Part shown: in pieces, positions 19,575-30,382 of the stretch
Position numbering within the stretch: the first letter of the stretch is position 1
Layout: the number at the start of each line of letters is the position of its first letter
Assembly: GCA_038891095.1 (NCBI GenBank)
Contig: JAWAEV010000001.1
Span: forward strand, 228,468 to 292,467
From: Candidatus Altiarchaeota archaeon
Lineage (GTDB): Archaea > Altiarchaeota > Altiarchaeia > IMC4 > QMZM01
DNA: 64,000 nucleotides
Direction of reading: 5' to 3'
Notes under the pieces: model-generated
The model's database searches: none
What the model was told of the DNA's origin: nothing
What the model saw: only the letters and a program-made list of their open reading frames with translations
Translations under genes and position numbers: made by a program

Positions 19575-20131
19575 AAAAAAGAAAGAAACTCAGACGGTTT
19601 AGTATAGAGACGTTACTTGCTGTCTTAATTTTAGTTTTGTCGATTTACCAAATTTGGTTGTTCTTTAAACCAGATTTGGAATTTGGTGAATGGAAGTACT
19701 GCATCGGGGAGAGAAGTGATTGTTATCCGGAAACAATCAATAACGCACATTGGATGCTTATCGAATTGCCATTCAGTAGGTATTATGTAGGCGATAAATT
19801 GTTTTTCAGAGGAACACTAATTGTTCCTGAAACGAATTATGCAAAATTCACTTTTTTTGTTGATGACTGCATCGAAAGAATTTATGTTAATGAACAAGAG
19901 GCTTTTTATTATCCATATTGTAGCTCATGCACTCACTGCAATGGAGTAGAAATTGACCTGTCAAGATTTGTGAAGCTTGGAAAGAATACAATTGCAATTG
20001 AGGTAAAAAATTTTAAAAACACGAGTACAGGTTTTGATGTAAAAAAAATTGAAGAAATATCGGGCTTGTGGGTGATAATAGCAATACTGATAGGAGTGCT
20101 TATGGCTATGAAACTTAGGAAGAAGAAATAA
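19571..20131 (+). CDS. Small two-TM membrane protein with an extracellular jelly-roll/sugar-binding-like domain
   Basis: FFVDDCIERIYVN...EIDLS..VKLGKNTIAIEVKN resembles GH2-N/galactose-binding-like domains; coupled to the upstream gene. Confidence 0.6.
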   Translation: MKKRKKLRRFSIETLLAVLILVLSIYQIWLFFKPDLEFGEWKYCIGERSDCYPETINNAHWMLIELPFSRYYVGDKLFFRGTLIVPETNYAKFTFFVDDCIERIYVNEQEAFYYPYCSSCTHCNGVEIDLSRFVKLGKNTIAIEVKNFKNTSTGFDVKKIEEISGLWVIIAILIGVLMAMKLRKKK

Positions 20132-22526
20132 CTCTATAAATCTGCACATCTTCATTATCATAAATCTTCTCATAAAATTCCGGAAATTTATCAAATTTTT
20201 CAAGACCTTCCTCTGAATATTCTTTTTTCTCAATTTTGTCTCCATGAATGAAAACTCCTTCATAATTTTTTTCTAGCTCGCCGATATAAATGTAGCTAAC
20301 ATTATATTTTCTTATTAAATTTAATGCCCTCTCGTTGTCTGTAGTATTGTAAATTTCATCAACTTCTTTAGAAATTTTTTCAATATTTTCGCGGGAAATA
20401 GCTAGATGTAATTCCATGTGATCTGACCATCCGAGCACAGTTGGCAATCCAGTAAAAACAGAAACTCGGGAAGTGTATTGATAATCCCTTCCTGGGACTT
20501 CTAAGACTATAGGGCTTCCTTTAATATTTTCATTCAACCATTTTATTGCTTCGAAATCTGCTTTATGTTCTCTCTCAAGCCAATCAGCTCCATTCAAAGT
20601 TAAAAATTCTCTCCCATAAGACGCTTTGAAAGAATTTGTTCTTTGAATTGTTGTCAATATTGGAAAAATTGCATATGAAAAAAATAGGAAACATACTATG
20701 AACAAAATTGCTAGATATTTCAAAGATAAAATTTTTTTTCCAAAATATGAGAGAATAAAAGCAGAAGAAATTCCCCAAAAAATGTAGATCTCACCATAGA
20801 TTTTATTCATGAAAACATAGCGACCTTCAACATTAATAACCTCTGTTATTAATGCTGTTAATGCACCAAAAAGAATTAATAAAAGTATAAATTTTACTTC
20901 AACCGAATTCTCTCTCAACAAAAAGAAAATTGAACTTGACACAATTGGAATTAAAATAGATAGTAATTGAAAATCATAGAGTAACGAATTGATAGAGAGT
21001 AGGACATTTATTGGATTATAAAACTGTTCAATTCTTGGAAAGAAACTCATGAAAACCGAAAAAACTAATGAAAGATATAGAAAAAGAGAAATTGAAAAAA
21101 GCACTTTCATTAATTTGCTTTCTTTTGCAAAAGAAGTATAAAAAAGATGTAATATAAAAGTAAAAATTAGAAAAACTTGTAATGAGAATATCAGCAAGAA
21201 ATGGTATAGAGAAGTCTTGAAAACTTCTATACGAATAGAATTTGCCGTACCACTATTAAGTAATGGATTTTTTTCATGTGGAAGGAGCTCAATAAATTCT
21301 CTAACTCTCACATCTTGGATATGTTGTAGAAGCTGAAACACTACTGGCGCATATAAAAGTAAACTAAAAATGACAATAAGAAAGGATATTAAAAAGGCCT
21401 GCAATACCATTGATAATCTTCTCCCTTCTGGGATATTCAACTCATGAAAAATAAAAGTTAAGAGAACCCAAAACGCTAAAAAAGGGAAATCGTATATGTT
21501 CGTTGGAAAAATAAAGCCGAGAATAAGACACAAAGAAAAAATATTAAGAATTTTTTCAAAAAAATTCTCTCCAAAAATTTTAAAACCAGAAAATTCAGAA
21601 GCGAAAATTTTAAGTAAGAAAATTAGTAACAAAATCCTCAAGGGAATTGCAAAAAAATGGCCATGTAAATCACCCCAAACAAAAGTCCAATATGGCATTT
21701 CATGTATAGCCCAAGGTATGATCCTTGAGGGGTGCCACCAATTGTAATCTCTTGCCTTCTGGAAGAAATCTCCATACACTGGAGGTTCATAAAATTTTAC
21801 ATAAACATTAAAATCCGGAAAAAAATAGTTCAACACCTGAAGAAAAGAAAAAAAATTCCCTGTAAAAGAAATTAGAAAGACAGCAATTATAGCACAAAAA
21901 GATTTTTTTGTTAAATTATATGATAAAGAAAAAGTAAGTAAGCATGTCAGAGCCATAATTGTTGCTAATGACAAATTGTATGAAAAAATTCCAGAAATTC
22001 CAGAGAATTTTGAAAGTACTCCGATCATTAAATGTCCAAAATAATAATAGTTCTCTAAGGAAACTTGAGAAAACCATGTATGCATTGGCGGTAATTTATC
22101 TGTTCTTATTATTGAGTTTAGATATGCTAAATCATAAAAAGTCTCACCACCCTTGATATCTGGAAAATATGACCTTATGAAAATAAATAGAAAAAATGAT
22201 GCTAAGAATACTACCTCACATTTAAATGCAATATCTTTGAATTCTTTTGAAATGAAAATTTGGAATAACCTGTGTCTTATTAGAATAAATGCAGATAATA
22301 AAAAAACAAGGGAGAATGATATTAAGATAGTATAAAAATTGAATGGGAGTAATTGAAATCTTGCAATAATGTAAGAGAGGTATGTAATCAGAATTATGCT
22401 AAATAATTTTGATGCTCCATAACCCTTATCATGGAGTTTATAAAACAAAAAAGTTGAAATTGGTAGAGTAACAAAACTTAGAACTTCTATAAGGAACAAC
22501 CATAATAGGATTAGTCCATATTCCAT
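20115..22526 (-). CDS. Second DUF2298 (YYY) GT-C membrane protein, without the CBM insert
   Basis: GGETFYD, NYYYFGH, IHEMPYWTFVWGDLHGH, TNIYDFP, FTGLPTVLGW, YIYIGELE. Confidence 0.88.
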   Translation of the reverse strand: MEYGLILLWLFLIEVLSFVTLPISTFLFYKLHDKGYGASKLFSIILITYLSYIIARFQLLPFNFYTILISFSLVFLLSAFILIRHRLFQIFISKEFKDIAFKCEVVFLASFFLFIFIRSYFPDIKGGETFYDLAYLNSIIRTDKLPPMHTWFSQVSLENYYYFGHLMIGVLSKFSGISGIFSYNLSLATIMALTCLLTFSLSYNLTKKSFCAIIAVFLISFTGNFFSFLQVLNYFFPDFNVYVKFYEPPVYGDFFQKARDYNWWHPSRIIPWAIHEMPYWTFVWGDLHGHFFAIPLRILLLIFLLKIFASEFSGFKIFGENFFEKILNIFSLCLILGFIFPTNIYDFPFLAFWVLLTFIFHELNIPEGRRLSMVLQAFLISFLIVIFSLLLYAPVVFQLLQHIQDVRVREFIELLPHEKNPLLNSGTANSIRIEVFKTSLYHFLLIFSLQVFLIFTFILHLFYTSFAKESKLMKVLFSISLFLYLSLVFSVFMSFFPRIEQFYNPINVLLSINSLLYDFQLLSILIPIVSSSIFFLLRENSVEVKFILLLILFGALTALITEVINVEGRYVFMNKIYGEIYIFWGISSAFILSYFGKKILSLKYLAILFIVCFLFFSYAIFPILTTIQRTNSFKASYGREFLTLNGADWLEREHKADFEAIKWLNENIKGSPIVLEVPGRDYQYTSRVSVFTGLPTVLGWSDHMELHLAISRENIEKISKEVDEIYNTTDNERALNLIRKYNVSYIYIGELEKNYEGVFIHGDKIEKKEYSEEGLEKFDKFPEFYEKIYDNEDVQIYRVISSS

Positions 22527-24733
22527 TCTTTTAATTTAGAAGAGAAAATTCTCTTCTCAGTATTTTTTAGAGGAGTTATATAAAAAACTAAAATTAAAAC
22601 TCCAATATAAGAGCATAAAGTTCCAAACCAATCAATTAATGTTCTTCCATAGTAAAGAACCACTTCTTCTTTCTCTGGGAATATTAGCATAAAAACAGGC
22701 GATGCCATATAAATTTTTTTTGCTCCTGAAACTTGCCAATTCGGGAAATATGAGATTTTTATCCATAGTGGTTTATTAATGCAAGAAGTTTTTATAGTAA
22801 CTTTCTCATTTTCAATTTTCTCCTGAATAGAACAATTTTCTTTTATTTCAATTTTTGGTATTTGGGAAAAATTGCCGTTAAAATTTTCAATTATATATTT
22901 AAAATTTTTTCTATCTTCTTCTGTTATATCTCTTGAAAAAACGACTGGCACTTCTATAGTATCAATATTCTTAAACCACTCATATGAAAGCTTTCTCCAA
23001 TTTTTTGTTTTTATTAGAACTGGCTCATATTTTGGCAGAACAACATAATTTCCTTGATGATTCATTAGCTCGTAAACTTCATATGTGTCAGGACCATAAA
23101 CCATTTTAAATTCTTTATCATCTCTGAGAGTTTTTTTGAATTCTGAAGTTGTTGCTATTAGATACTTAACATTAAAGAGAGCTAAATGTTTTTTTGCGTT
23201 TTCTAAGTTATATGATAAACAACCATTTGTTAAAAGGTATAAAGGACAAGGGCACTTACCAGGTAATGTGTACTCACATTCCATTGAATAAATTATTGGG
23301 TTATTAACACCACCTTGAAATTGTGTCCCTATTAAAGTTGGCTTTGAAAATACTGGCAATGCTTCCATTGCTCTTGATGAGCCTATCCCAGAATTATGCT
23401 GTGAATCTTCATATTCAAATTCAACTCTCCCAGGACCAGCTGTTGATAAAAATTCATTCATTCTTTGGAATGACTTCCATGATTGCTTAGCTTCAAAACC
23501 AGAATAATTCCATTGGATCCATGAGTGTATGTAGGTGACATTTGAGCTGACATAAATCCATACAGCAAGAAAAACTATTAAAGGCAGTAAAAATTTTGCT
23601 TTTGCAATTTTAGTTATTGGATAGAAACCAACAACGCTAAGAATGAAAAGTAAAATATAAATATATGGTAAAAATTTTACAACCATGAAATGGGAAAACA
23701 AATTTGAAAAGAAGGGTATTTCCAAAGTCGCAAGAATTGATGATGAGAAAAAGTATATATAAGCAATTAAGAGTGAAAATGTAAAGAAGTTAATTCTATC
23801 ATCCCCTCTTGTGATTCCAATATAAATCCCAAATAGCCCTAAAGCATAAAAAAGATACATTGACTTTGGGAATAGCATCTTCTCTATAACTTCTGGAATT
23901 TTTTCTATTAGCAGCCATTTATGTGGAGTTGAATATTCACTCTTAAAAACCATTGGAAAGAAATAAAAACCTGAGAGCATGAAAGCAAGAATGTAAAGAA
24001 AGATTAATTTTTTTAAATTTTTAAAAAATTCGTTTTTTGATTTTACAGACAATAAAAAGAATAGAGAACAAACAGCTGAAAAAACTGTTGTTATACCATG
24101 ACTCAAAACTATTAATGCAAAAACTACTGCTGGAGTAATAACACTTTTTCCCTCTTTAATGCTTCTCCAAAGTAGCCCAAAGAATAGAACCATAAGAGAA
24201 ATGCTAAAACCATAAGAGAACTCGCCCGCTAATGTCGATGGTATATTACCACCCCACATTGAATAATGCTCCAAAAAAAGATAAGGTAAAGTTATGATAG
24301 CTCCAAAAATTGGAATAGGAAAGCTAAATTTCATTAATCTTAGAGAAAAAAAGGTAAATAGAGGTAAGGTAAAAACCCCCAGCATTGTTACAATTTTGAA
24401 TGATACATAAAGCGGAATTATGTATGACAGCAAAGCAGAAATCACAAAAACCAAAGGAAAGTAAAATTGAAACATTGGAAACCCAGCAAACCATCCTGGA
24501 GCCCAACCAATAATTTTTCCATTTGGGATAAGATAAGTTGAGGCATAATGTGTCATGTAATAATAACCAACCATATCGCCACCAGTTGTGGTTTTGTTTG
24601 CAAACATTAAACTGGGTTTATAATAGCTAAGTAAAAAAATCCAGATAGCGATCATTATAAAAAAATTTACAAATTCATGAAGATAGGAAATTTCTTCATT
24701 TTCTTTTTTTCTGGCTTCCTTTCTTTTTTCCAT
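22511..24733 (-). CDS. PTPS-related (PF10131-like) GT-C membrane protein
   Basis: TTGGDM, GWAPGWFAGFPMFQFYFP, WGGNIPSTLAGEFSY, WIQWNYSGFE, KISYFPNW. Start reassigned to ATG 24733. Confidence 0.85.
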   Translation of the reverse strand: MEKRKEARKKENEEISYLHEFVNFFIMIAIWIFLLSYYKPSLMFANKTTTGGDMVGYYYMTHYASTYLIPNGKIIGWAPGWFAGFPMFQFYFPLVFVISALLSYIIPLYVSFKIVTMLGVFTLPLFTFFSLRLMKFSFPIPIFGAIITLPYLFLEHYSMWGGNIPSTLAGEFSYGFSISLMVLFFGLLWRSIKEGKSVITPAVVFALIVLSHGITTVFSAVCSLFFLLSVKSKNEFFKNLKKLIFLYILAFMLSGFYFFPMVFKSEYSTPHKWLLIEKIPEVIEKMLFPKSMYLFYALGLFGIYIGITRGDDRINFFTFSLLIAYIYFFSSSILATLEIPFFSNLFSHFMVVKFLPYIYILLFILSVVGFYPITKIAKAKFLLPLIVFLAVWIYVSSNVTYIHSWIQWNYSGFEAKQSWKSFQRMNEFLSTAGPGRVEFEYEDSQHNSGIGSSRAMEALPVFSKPTLIGTQFQGGVNNPIIYSMECEYTLPGKCPCPLYLLTNGCLSYNLENAKKHLALFNVKYLIATTSEFKKTLRDDKEFKMVYGPDTYEVYELMNHQGNYVVLPKYEPVLIKTKNWRKLSYEWFKNIDTIEVPVVFSRDITEEDRKNFKYIIENFNGNFSQIPKIEIKENCSIQEKIENEKVTIKTSCINKPLWIKISYFPNWQVSGAKKIYMASPVFMLIFPEKEEVVLYYGRTLIDWFGTLCSYIGVLILVFYITPLKNTEKRIFSSKLKEWNMD

Positions 24734-25565
24734 TTTCTTTTTTAAATTGATATAACACAAAAAGTGCTATTAAAATTACTAATATAGCTCCAGGAATAGA
24801 AATAAAATTGGATATCTTCGAGATTTGTAGAAACTCAAAATCTTTTTCTTTTTTCTCAACAACTTTCACAACTCCTGAGGATAGAGATGAAAAATGCATT
24901 GAATCTTCATACTCAACCGCTGCAAAAACAACATAAGTGCTTCCAGGCAATGCTCCAAAAGATGAAATTTTGAATGTTTGCTCTTTTTCTTCTTTTGGAT
25001 TAATGAAAATTTCTGCTTCCTCAACATCTGCTTTCAATTCCTTTGGAAGAAAGAGTCTAACTTTAGTATTATGTCCCCTTGCATCAGTATTCCTTATCTT
25101 TAGTTTTAATTCTTTCTCTTCATCCAAAGAAATTTCTATCTTTTCGATCATACTGAAAATTTTTGAGATTGCTCTTTCTCTTAGGAAGAGTGATGTTCCT
25201 GATACTGAAGAAAAACCATAACCATTTGCATCTTTATATTCTGTTAAGAGGATTACAGGATACTCACCAGGAAGAACTGCATTTTGTATTCTTAAATTTA
25301 TATTCCCATTATATGGCACATTCGGAGCTAAATCTCCTAAAAAAAACGCATCTGAATTAAAACCATCAATTTGCATTAGAGAAATTACTACATCATAGGC
25401 AGTTTCATCACCAAAATTTGTAATTTTCACTGAGATATCTGTTTCATTACCATGAACTAAATTCTCGGTTAAAATTTGTGTTGAGAGGGATATAAAACTT
25501 GCATTTGCTGAGAAAGTTATAGCAAGACTGCTTAAAATCAAAATAAATATCTTAAATTTTATCAT
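24696..25565 (-). CDS. Secreted CARDB/COG1361-like Ig-domain surface protein with a C-terminal TM anchor
   Basis: Signal peptide, ITNFGDETAYDV, PGEYPV..EYKDANG, TM helix and basic tail. Confidence 0.72.
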   Translation of the reverse strand: MIKFKIFILILSSLAITFSANASFISLSTQILTENLVHGNETDISVKITNFGDETAYDVVISLMQIDGFNSDAFFLGDLAPNVPYNGNINLRIQNAVLPGEYPVILLTEYKDANGYGFSSVSGTSLFLRERAISKIFSMIEKIEISLDEEKELKLKIRNTDARGHNTKVRLFLPKELKADVEEAEIFINPKEEKEQTFKISSFGALPGSTYVVFAAVEYEDSMHFSSLSSGVVKVVEKKEKDFEFLQISKISNFISIPGAILVILIALFVLYQFKKENGKKKGSQKKRK

Positions 25566-25600
25566 TTTTTAAGATATATTACAAGGAAACTAAAAATATT

Positions 25601-26662
25601 ATGATGAATCATAAAGGTTATTTCTACACTGCAATAACTGCTGCATTAATATTAATATCACTATTAATTATATTTTTTTATTCACAAACAACTGAGTTAG
25701 AGATTGAGAGTATGCAAAAGAGAATTTCAACAGATAGCTTACATTACTTTGTTGAAAATTTGAAAGTTGACTATCAAAATGCTTTAGAAATTTCAGGAAA
25801 CAGAGCCATAACTGTTCTCATTGGAAGAATTTTAAATTCATCTGAAAATTTTGCTGAATATGAAATGCATCAATGCAATTTCTTTAAATACAAAACAAAA
25901 GGTTCACAATCTGCAATTTCTGAATTAATGCTTTGCGGCACATTAAATGGTGAGAAAGTTAGCGAAATGGATAATATAACACTTCTAAATTGGACTCAAA
26001 GAATGAGTAGAATTAATGACATCACGATAGAGAATTTAACAATAGAGGACATTTCTATTGCAATGCGAAATTCATGGGATATTGTAATAGCATCTTCAGT
26101 TTATCTCTCAGCAAGAGATAAGGCAAATATCTCAAATTTTAATGGAATTTTAAATGTTGCACAGGAAATTTCAGTTGAAGGTTTTGAAGATCCATTATAT
26201 TATATAAAAACGAATGATTCTGATCTCATAAGAAAATTTAAGAAATGTGACAACTTTACAACTGTAAATGGTACTATAATAAACACATGGATCTCTGAAA
26301 AATGCTATCACTCAAGTAATGATAGTTATAATGCATCAAGTTTCTTTGATCGTTTAGATGGAAAGCTAAATTTATCTGAGAAATATGCAACTCAAAGTAA
26401 AATTTACTTTGGAAATTATGAAATTGGAATTGAATCATTTGTAAATCTTACTGAATTTTTTAGGCATAACCTAAGCTTAAATTTCAAAGATAACAAGACA
26501 TATGAAACATGGATTGATTATTTATATTGGCAAGGGATTGAAGGTAATTGTAGAGTTAACTTCACAATAAATTACGCAATAAATGAAACGCACAATATAA
26601 CCTTTAGTATAGACCAAGCGCATGCTGTAAAGTATAACATTTCTGATGCAAATTGCCTTTGA
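25601..26662 (+). CDS. Large pilin-like/pilus-associated secreted protein
   Basis: Class III-like N-terminus (KG|YFYT followed by a hydrophobic stretch), SVEGFEDPL motif, first gene of the pilus operon, 18 N-x-S/T sequons. Confidence 0.6.
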   Translation: MMNHKGYFYTAITAALILISLLIIFFYSQTTELEIESMQKRISTDSLHYFVENLKVDYQNALEISGNRAITVLIGRILNSSENFAEYEMHQCNFFKYKTKGSQSAISELMLCGTLNGEKVSEMDNITLLNWTQRMSRINDITIENLTIEDISIAMRNSWDIVIASSVYLSARDKANISNFNGILNVAQEISVEGFEDPLYYIKTNDSDLIRKFKKCDNFTTVNGTIINTWISEKCYHSSNDSYNASSFFDRLDGKLNLSEKYATQSKIYFGNYEIGIESFVNLTEFFRHNLSLNFKDNKTYETWIDYLYWQGIEGNCRVNFTINYAINETHNITFSIDQAHAVKYNISDANCL

Positions 26663-26715
26663 GATATGAAGGTATTTATAGTAATTTTGAGAATAGTTTA
26701 TTGATAGCTAATAAT

Positions 26716-28305
26716 ATGGCAAATGCTACAACAGACGAAAAAGAATTAAAGGATGTTATAGAGAGAAAACAAGTTGGAGAAACAACTCAAAAGGAGAATC
26801 CAGAGGATAAAAGAAATGAAATTGAGAGATATAAAATTTACTTAGATGACCTTTCACTTGAAGTTAAAATTGTTGATGCTGATGACTATGTTCTCCACTA
26901 TGAGATTTCCCTACCGAAGATAGATTATGTAACAAAGGCTCTTTTAGATGAAGTAAAAAGAAGCTTGATTGGGGAGATTGAAGTTGAAACAAGAACTGTT
27001 CTCGACCCTGAAAAATTTAAAGAGTTAAAGCTTAGAATTCTTGACAAATCAAAAGAAAAATTAAAGCATGTTCTGAAAAAATTGTCTGAAGATGAGATTA
27101 TACTTTTGAGCAGAGTTCTTGTGAATGATATGTTGGGCCTTGGAGAAATTGAGTATTTGATCGCTGATCCTAAACTTGAAGAGATTGTTGTAAATTCAAG
27201 TAAAGAAGTTATATGGGTTTATCATAAAACAAGAGGCTGGCTAAAAACAAATTTACAAATTCCCTCAGAGGAGCAGATTGCAAATTATTCAGCTAGGGTT
27301 GCGAGAGAAGTTGGTAGGGAAATTACAAACTTGGAACCTTTGCTTGATGCACATCTTATTACAGGTGATAGATTCAATGCTACTCTATTCCCAATTTCAA
27401 CTTCTGGCAATACAATAACGATAAGGCGCTTCTCAAGAGTTCCATGGACAATAATACATTTAATTTCCCCAGAGATTAGAACTATAAGCATTGAAGCAGC
27501 AGCTTTTTTATGGCTTGCGATAGAGTATGAATTGAGCATATTAATAACTGGTGGCACAGCATCTGGTAAAACAGTCATGCTGAATGCTCTCCTTCCATTC
27601 ATGCCTGCTAACCAAAGGATTATAACGATGGAGGATACAAGAGAGTTAAACTTACCTAAGTATATGCATTGGGTGCCTTTAACAACAAGGCCTCCAACTC
27701 CAAGAGGCGAAGGTGAAGTTTCATTACTTGAGCTAATGCAAAATTCACTGAGAATGAGACCTGATAGGATAATAGTTGGTGAAGTCAGAGCAAAAGAAGA
27801 AACTGAAGTAATGTTTGAAGCAATGCACACTGGGCATTCATGCTATGGAACATTTCACGCTCTTAATGCTCAGGAAGTTATAGATAGAATAACATCTCCT
27901 CCAATGAATATTCCACCAATTGTTACAAGTTCATTGCACTTAATTGTTACACAACACTTGAATAGAAGATCCGGCATTAGAAGGACATTGGAAATTGTTG
28001 AACTTATAAAGCCAGAAAGTGGCGAACTACCTGAATTAAATTTACTTTATCGTTATAATCCAAGAAATGACAAAGTAGAGAAAGTAAATGCGAGTGAACG
28101 TGTCAGGGAAGAACTTGAGTTGTTCACAGGGATGAGTGAAAGTGAAATGCTACTTGACATTGAAGGAAAGAAAAAAGTTCTTGAATGGCTCTTAAGAAAA
28201 AATATAAAGGAAGTTGATGATGTTGGTAAGATTATAACTCAGTATTATGTTGATAAGGAAGCATTTTTAGATATTGTCGAACATGATAAAGATTTGGGTA
28301 TTTAG
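26716..28305 (+). CDS. Type IV pilus assembly ATPase (VirB11/CpaF/TadA family)
   Basis: Walker A GGTASGKT, EDTREL, LRMRPDRIIVGEVR, AMHTGH..GTFHA. Start reassigned to ATG 26716. Confidence 0.95.
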   Translation: MANATTDEKELKDVIERKQVGETTQKENPEDKRNEIERYKIYLDDLSLEVKIVDADDYVLHYEISLPKIDYVTKALLDEVKRSLIGEIEVETRTVLDPEKFKELKLRILDKSKEKLKHVLKKLSEDEIILLSRVLVNDMLGLGEIEYLIADPKLEEIVVNSSKEVIWVYHKTRGWLKTNLQIPSEEQIANYSARVAREVGREITNLEPLLDAHLITGDRFNATLFPISTSGNTITIRRFSRVPWTIIHLISPEIRTISIEAAAFLWLAIEYELSILITGGTASGKTVMLNALLPFMPANQRIITMEDTRELNLPKYMHWVPLTTRPPTPRGEGEVSLLELMQNSLRMRPDRIIVGEVRAKEETEVMFEAMHTGHSCYGTFHALNAQEVIDRITSPPMNIPPIVTSSLHLIVTQHLNRRSGIRRTLEIVELIKPESGELPELNLLYRYNPRNDKVEKVNASERVREELELFTGMSESEMLLDIEGKKKVLEWLLRKNIKEVDDVGKIITQYYVDKEAFLDIVEHDKDLGI

Positions 28306-28313
28306 AAATTAAA

Positions 28314-29180
28314 ATGCCTTCTATTTTCGAATCAGAAAGATTAAATGCATCGGCAGCTCCTTTAAAACCTGCTGCTCAGCAATTGTCTTTACTTTTTCCT
28401 AATTTGGAGTGGACATTAAAGAAGGCTAATTATAATGTTGATCCAATAACATATCTTGCAATAACAATTTTTATAACAACTATCGCATTCTCCTTAGCTT
28501 TTATAATAACAACTACTTCCCTTATATTAAATCAGAAATTTATTGAAACTTACACTGGCATTTTTCTTTCTGGAATTATTGCAATGCTTGTCTTTACCTA
28601 TTTTATGCTTGTTCCAAAAATGAGAATTCTGAGGAGAGCGAGACTTATTGACAAACACCTTGAGTATATGCTTAGAGACATGGAAATTCAGCTTACTGGA
28701 GGAACTCCACTATTTGATACTTTTGGGAATATTGCTAAAGGTGGATATGGTGAATGCTCTATAATCTGTTCTAACATAGTAAAAGAGGTAAATTCAGGTA
28801 GATCTATAACTCGTGTACTTGATGAATTTGGTTTGCTTTCACCTTCAGAATACTTAAGAAGGGCATTATGGCAAATTGTAAATGCAATAAAAACAGGCTC
28901 AAATGTTACCTTGGCATTGAAAGCAATTTCAGAAGATATTCGCCAAGAAAAAGAAAATAGAATAAAAATGTATGGTCAAGAGCTAAATTTATGGGCATTG
29001 ATATATATGATGGTTGTTATTATAATGCCATCAATGGGTGTTACATTACTTGTTATACTATCAAGTTTCATTGGGGGTAGGATGATAAATGAAAATCTCT
29101 TCTATTTGATACTTTTTGCTGTTTTTCTTTTTCAATTTGCATTTATCTCAATAATTAGAAGCAAAAGACCATCTGTATAA
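28314..29180 (+). CDS. Type II/IV secretion system F-family membrane platform protein (TadB/C-like)
   Basis: IDKHL...LRDM.IQL..G, GGYGE.S, three TM segments; directly downstream of the ATPase. Confidence 0.88.
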   Translation: MPSIFESERLNASAAPLKPAAQQLSLLFPNLEWTLKKANYNVDPITYLAITIFITTIAFSLAFIITTTSLILNQKFIETYTGIFLSGIIAMLVFTYFMLVPKMRILRRARLIDKHLEYMLRDMEIQLTGGTPLFDTFGNIAKGGYGECSIICSNIVKEVNSGRSITRVLDEFGLLSPSEYLRRALWQIVNAIKTGSNVTLALKAISEDIRQEKENRIKMYGQELNLWALIYMMVVIIMPSMGVTLLVILSSFIGGRMINENLFYLILFAVFLFQFAFISIIRSKRPSV

Positions 29181-29185
29181 CTAGA

Positions 29186-30367
29186 ATGGAGAAAAAAAGT
29201 TCACCAATTAGGAACTTAATGAAAAAATTTGGGAATTTATTTTGGAATTTTTTTCTTAGCAGAGTTGCTAGTGTCACCTCTTATATACTTATCATCATCG
29301 GCAATTTTGTTTTAAGAATTCTTACAATTTTATACAATATTTTAAAAACTCCTGGAAGGATTTTTGTTAGTATTGTAAAACCAGTACATCAGAAGTTAGG
29401 CTCATACTTCCCTTTTAATTTGAGAGATAAATTAGCAAAACAACTTGTATATGCAGGATTTGTAAGATCGCCGGAAGAGATTTTAGGAGTAACTTCAATG
29501 TATGCTATTCTATTGCCAATTGTTGTTTCATTAGTTTTAGTAACATTTGGTATTGAAAGCAATATCGTTTTAATTTCAGCAGCAATAGCATTTATTTTTG
29601 TTTGGGGTGCGTTAATAATGCTTATGATACTTCTCGTTGAAAGAAGAACTTCAAGTATTGAAGAAGTTCTACCTGATGTTCTTTCTATGATAGCACAAAA
29701 TATGATTGCAGGAATGACACCTTATAATGCATTATGGGTTGCTGCAAGACCTGAATTTGGTCCTTTAGCTTCTGAAATACAAACTGTAGCAAGAGACACA
29801 TTGGCAGGTATGCCACTTGAAGATGCACTAATAGCAATGACTTCTCGCGTAAAATCAGAAAAACTTGAGAGAGCAGTAAAACTTATGATTCAAGGAATGC
29901 GCTCTGGTGGCGACCTACCAACAGTTCTTCAGGAAATAGCAAATGATATAAGAAATGAGCAAAATTTATTCAAAAGAATGAGAGCAGAAACAACTGCACA
30001 AGCTATGTTCATAATATTTGCAATTGTAATTGGAGCTCCACTCTTATTTGCAGCTTCTTTGCAATTCGTTACCGTTTTCTCTGGGATTTATAAGAAGGTT
30101 GAAGCTGGCGGCTTGACGCAATATGCACAAACAGGAATGTTAACATTACAGCCAATAGCAATAGATAGAAATTTCTTTTATTGGTATGCAATTTCTGTTC
30201 TTGTTTTATCAAGCTTTTTTGGAGCATTATTAGTTGGCTTAATAAGAAGCGGTAAACTCTCAACTGGAATTACATTAATTCCTTTGCTAATTGCCTCTTC
30301 TGTTATAATATTTTTAGCTTTGAATTATGCACTTAGTTCTTTCTTTGGAGGAATGATATCAATTTGA
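29186..30367 (+). CDS. Type II/IV secretion system F-family membrane platform protein (TadC-like)
   Basis: IEEVLPDVL, AGMTP..AL..AARPEFGPLA.E, SGGDL..VL.EIA.DIR. Confidence 0.9.
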   Translation: MEKKSSPIRNLMKKFGNLFWNFFLSRVASVTSYILIIIGNFVLRILTILYNILKTPGRIFVSIVKPVHQKLGSYFPFNLRDKLAKQLVYAGFVRSPEEILGVTSMYAILLPIVVSLVLVTFGIESNIVLISAAIAFIFVWGALIMLMILLVERRTSSIEEVLPDVLSMIAQNMIAGMTPYNALWVAARPEFGPLASEIQTVARDTLAGMPLEDALIAMTSRVKSEKLERAVKLMIQGMRSGGDLPTVLQEIANDIRNEQNLFKRMRAETTAQAMFIIFAIVIGAPLLFAASLQFVTVFSGIYKKVEAGGLTQYAQTGMLTLQPIAIDRNFFYWYAISVLVLSSFFGALLVGLIRSGKLSTGITLIPLLIASSVIIFLALNYALSSFFGGMISI

Positions 30368-30382
30368 TAAAAAATAGATATG

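Noticed and set aside
27285-27830. 181-aa antisense ORF and many similar 60-155 aa ORFs (e.g. 44857, 50121, 62198, 48221)
   Set aside because: They lie wholly opposite or inside well-supported genes, have no motifs, and show the Ser/Ile/Phe bias typical of antisense frames.
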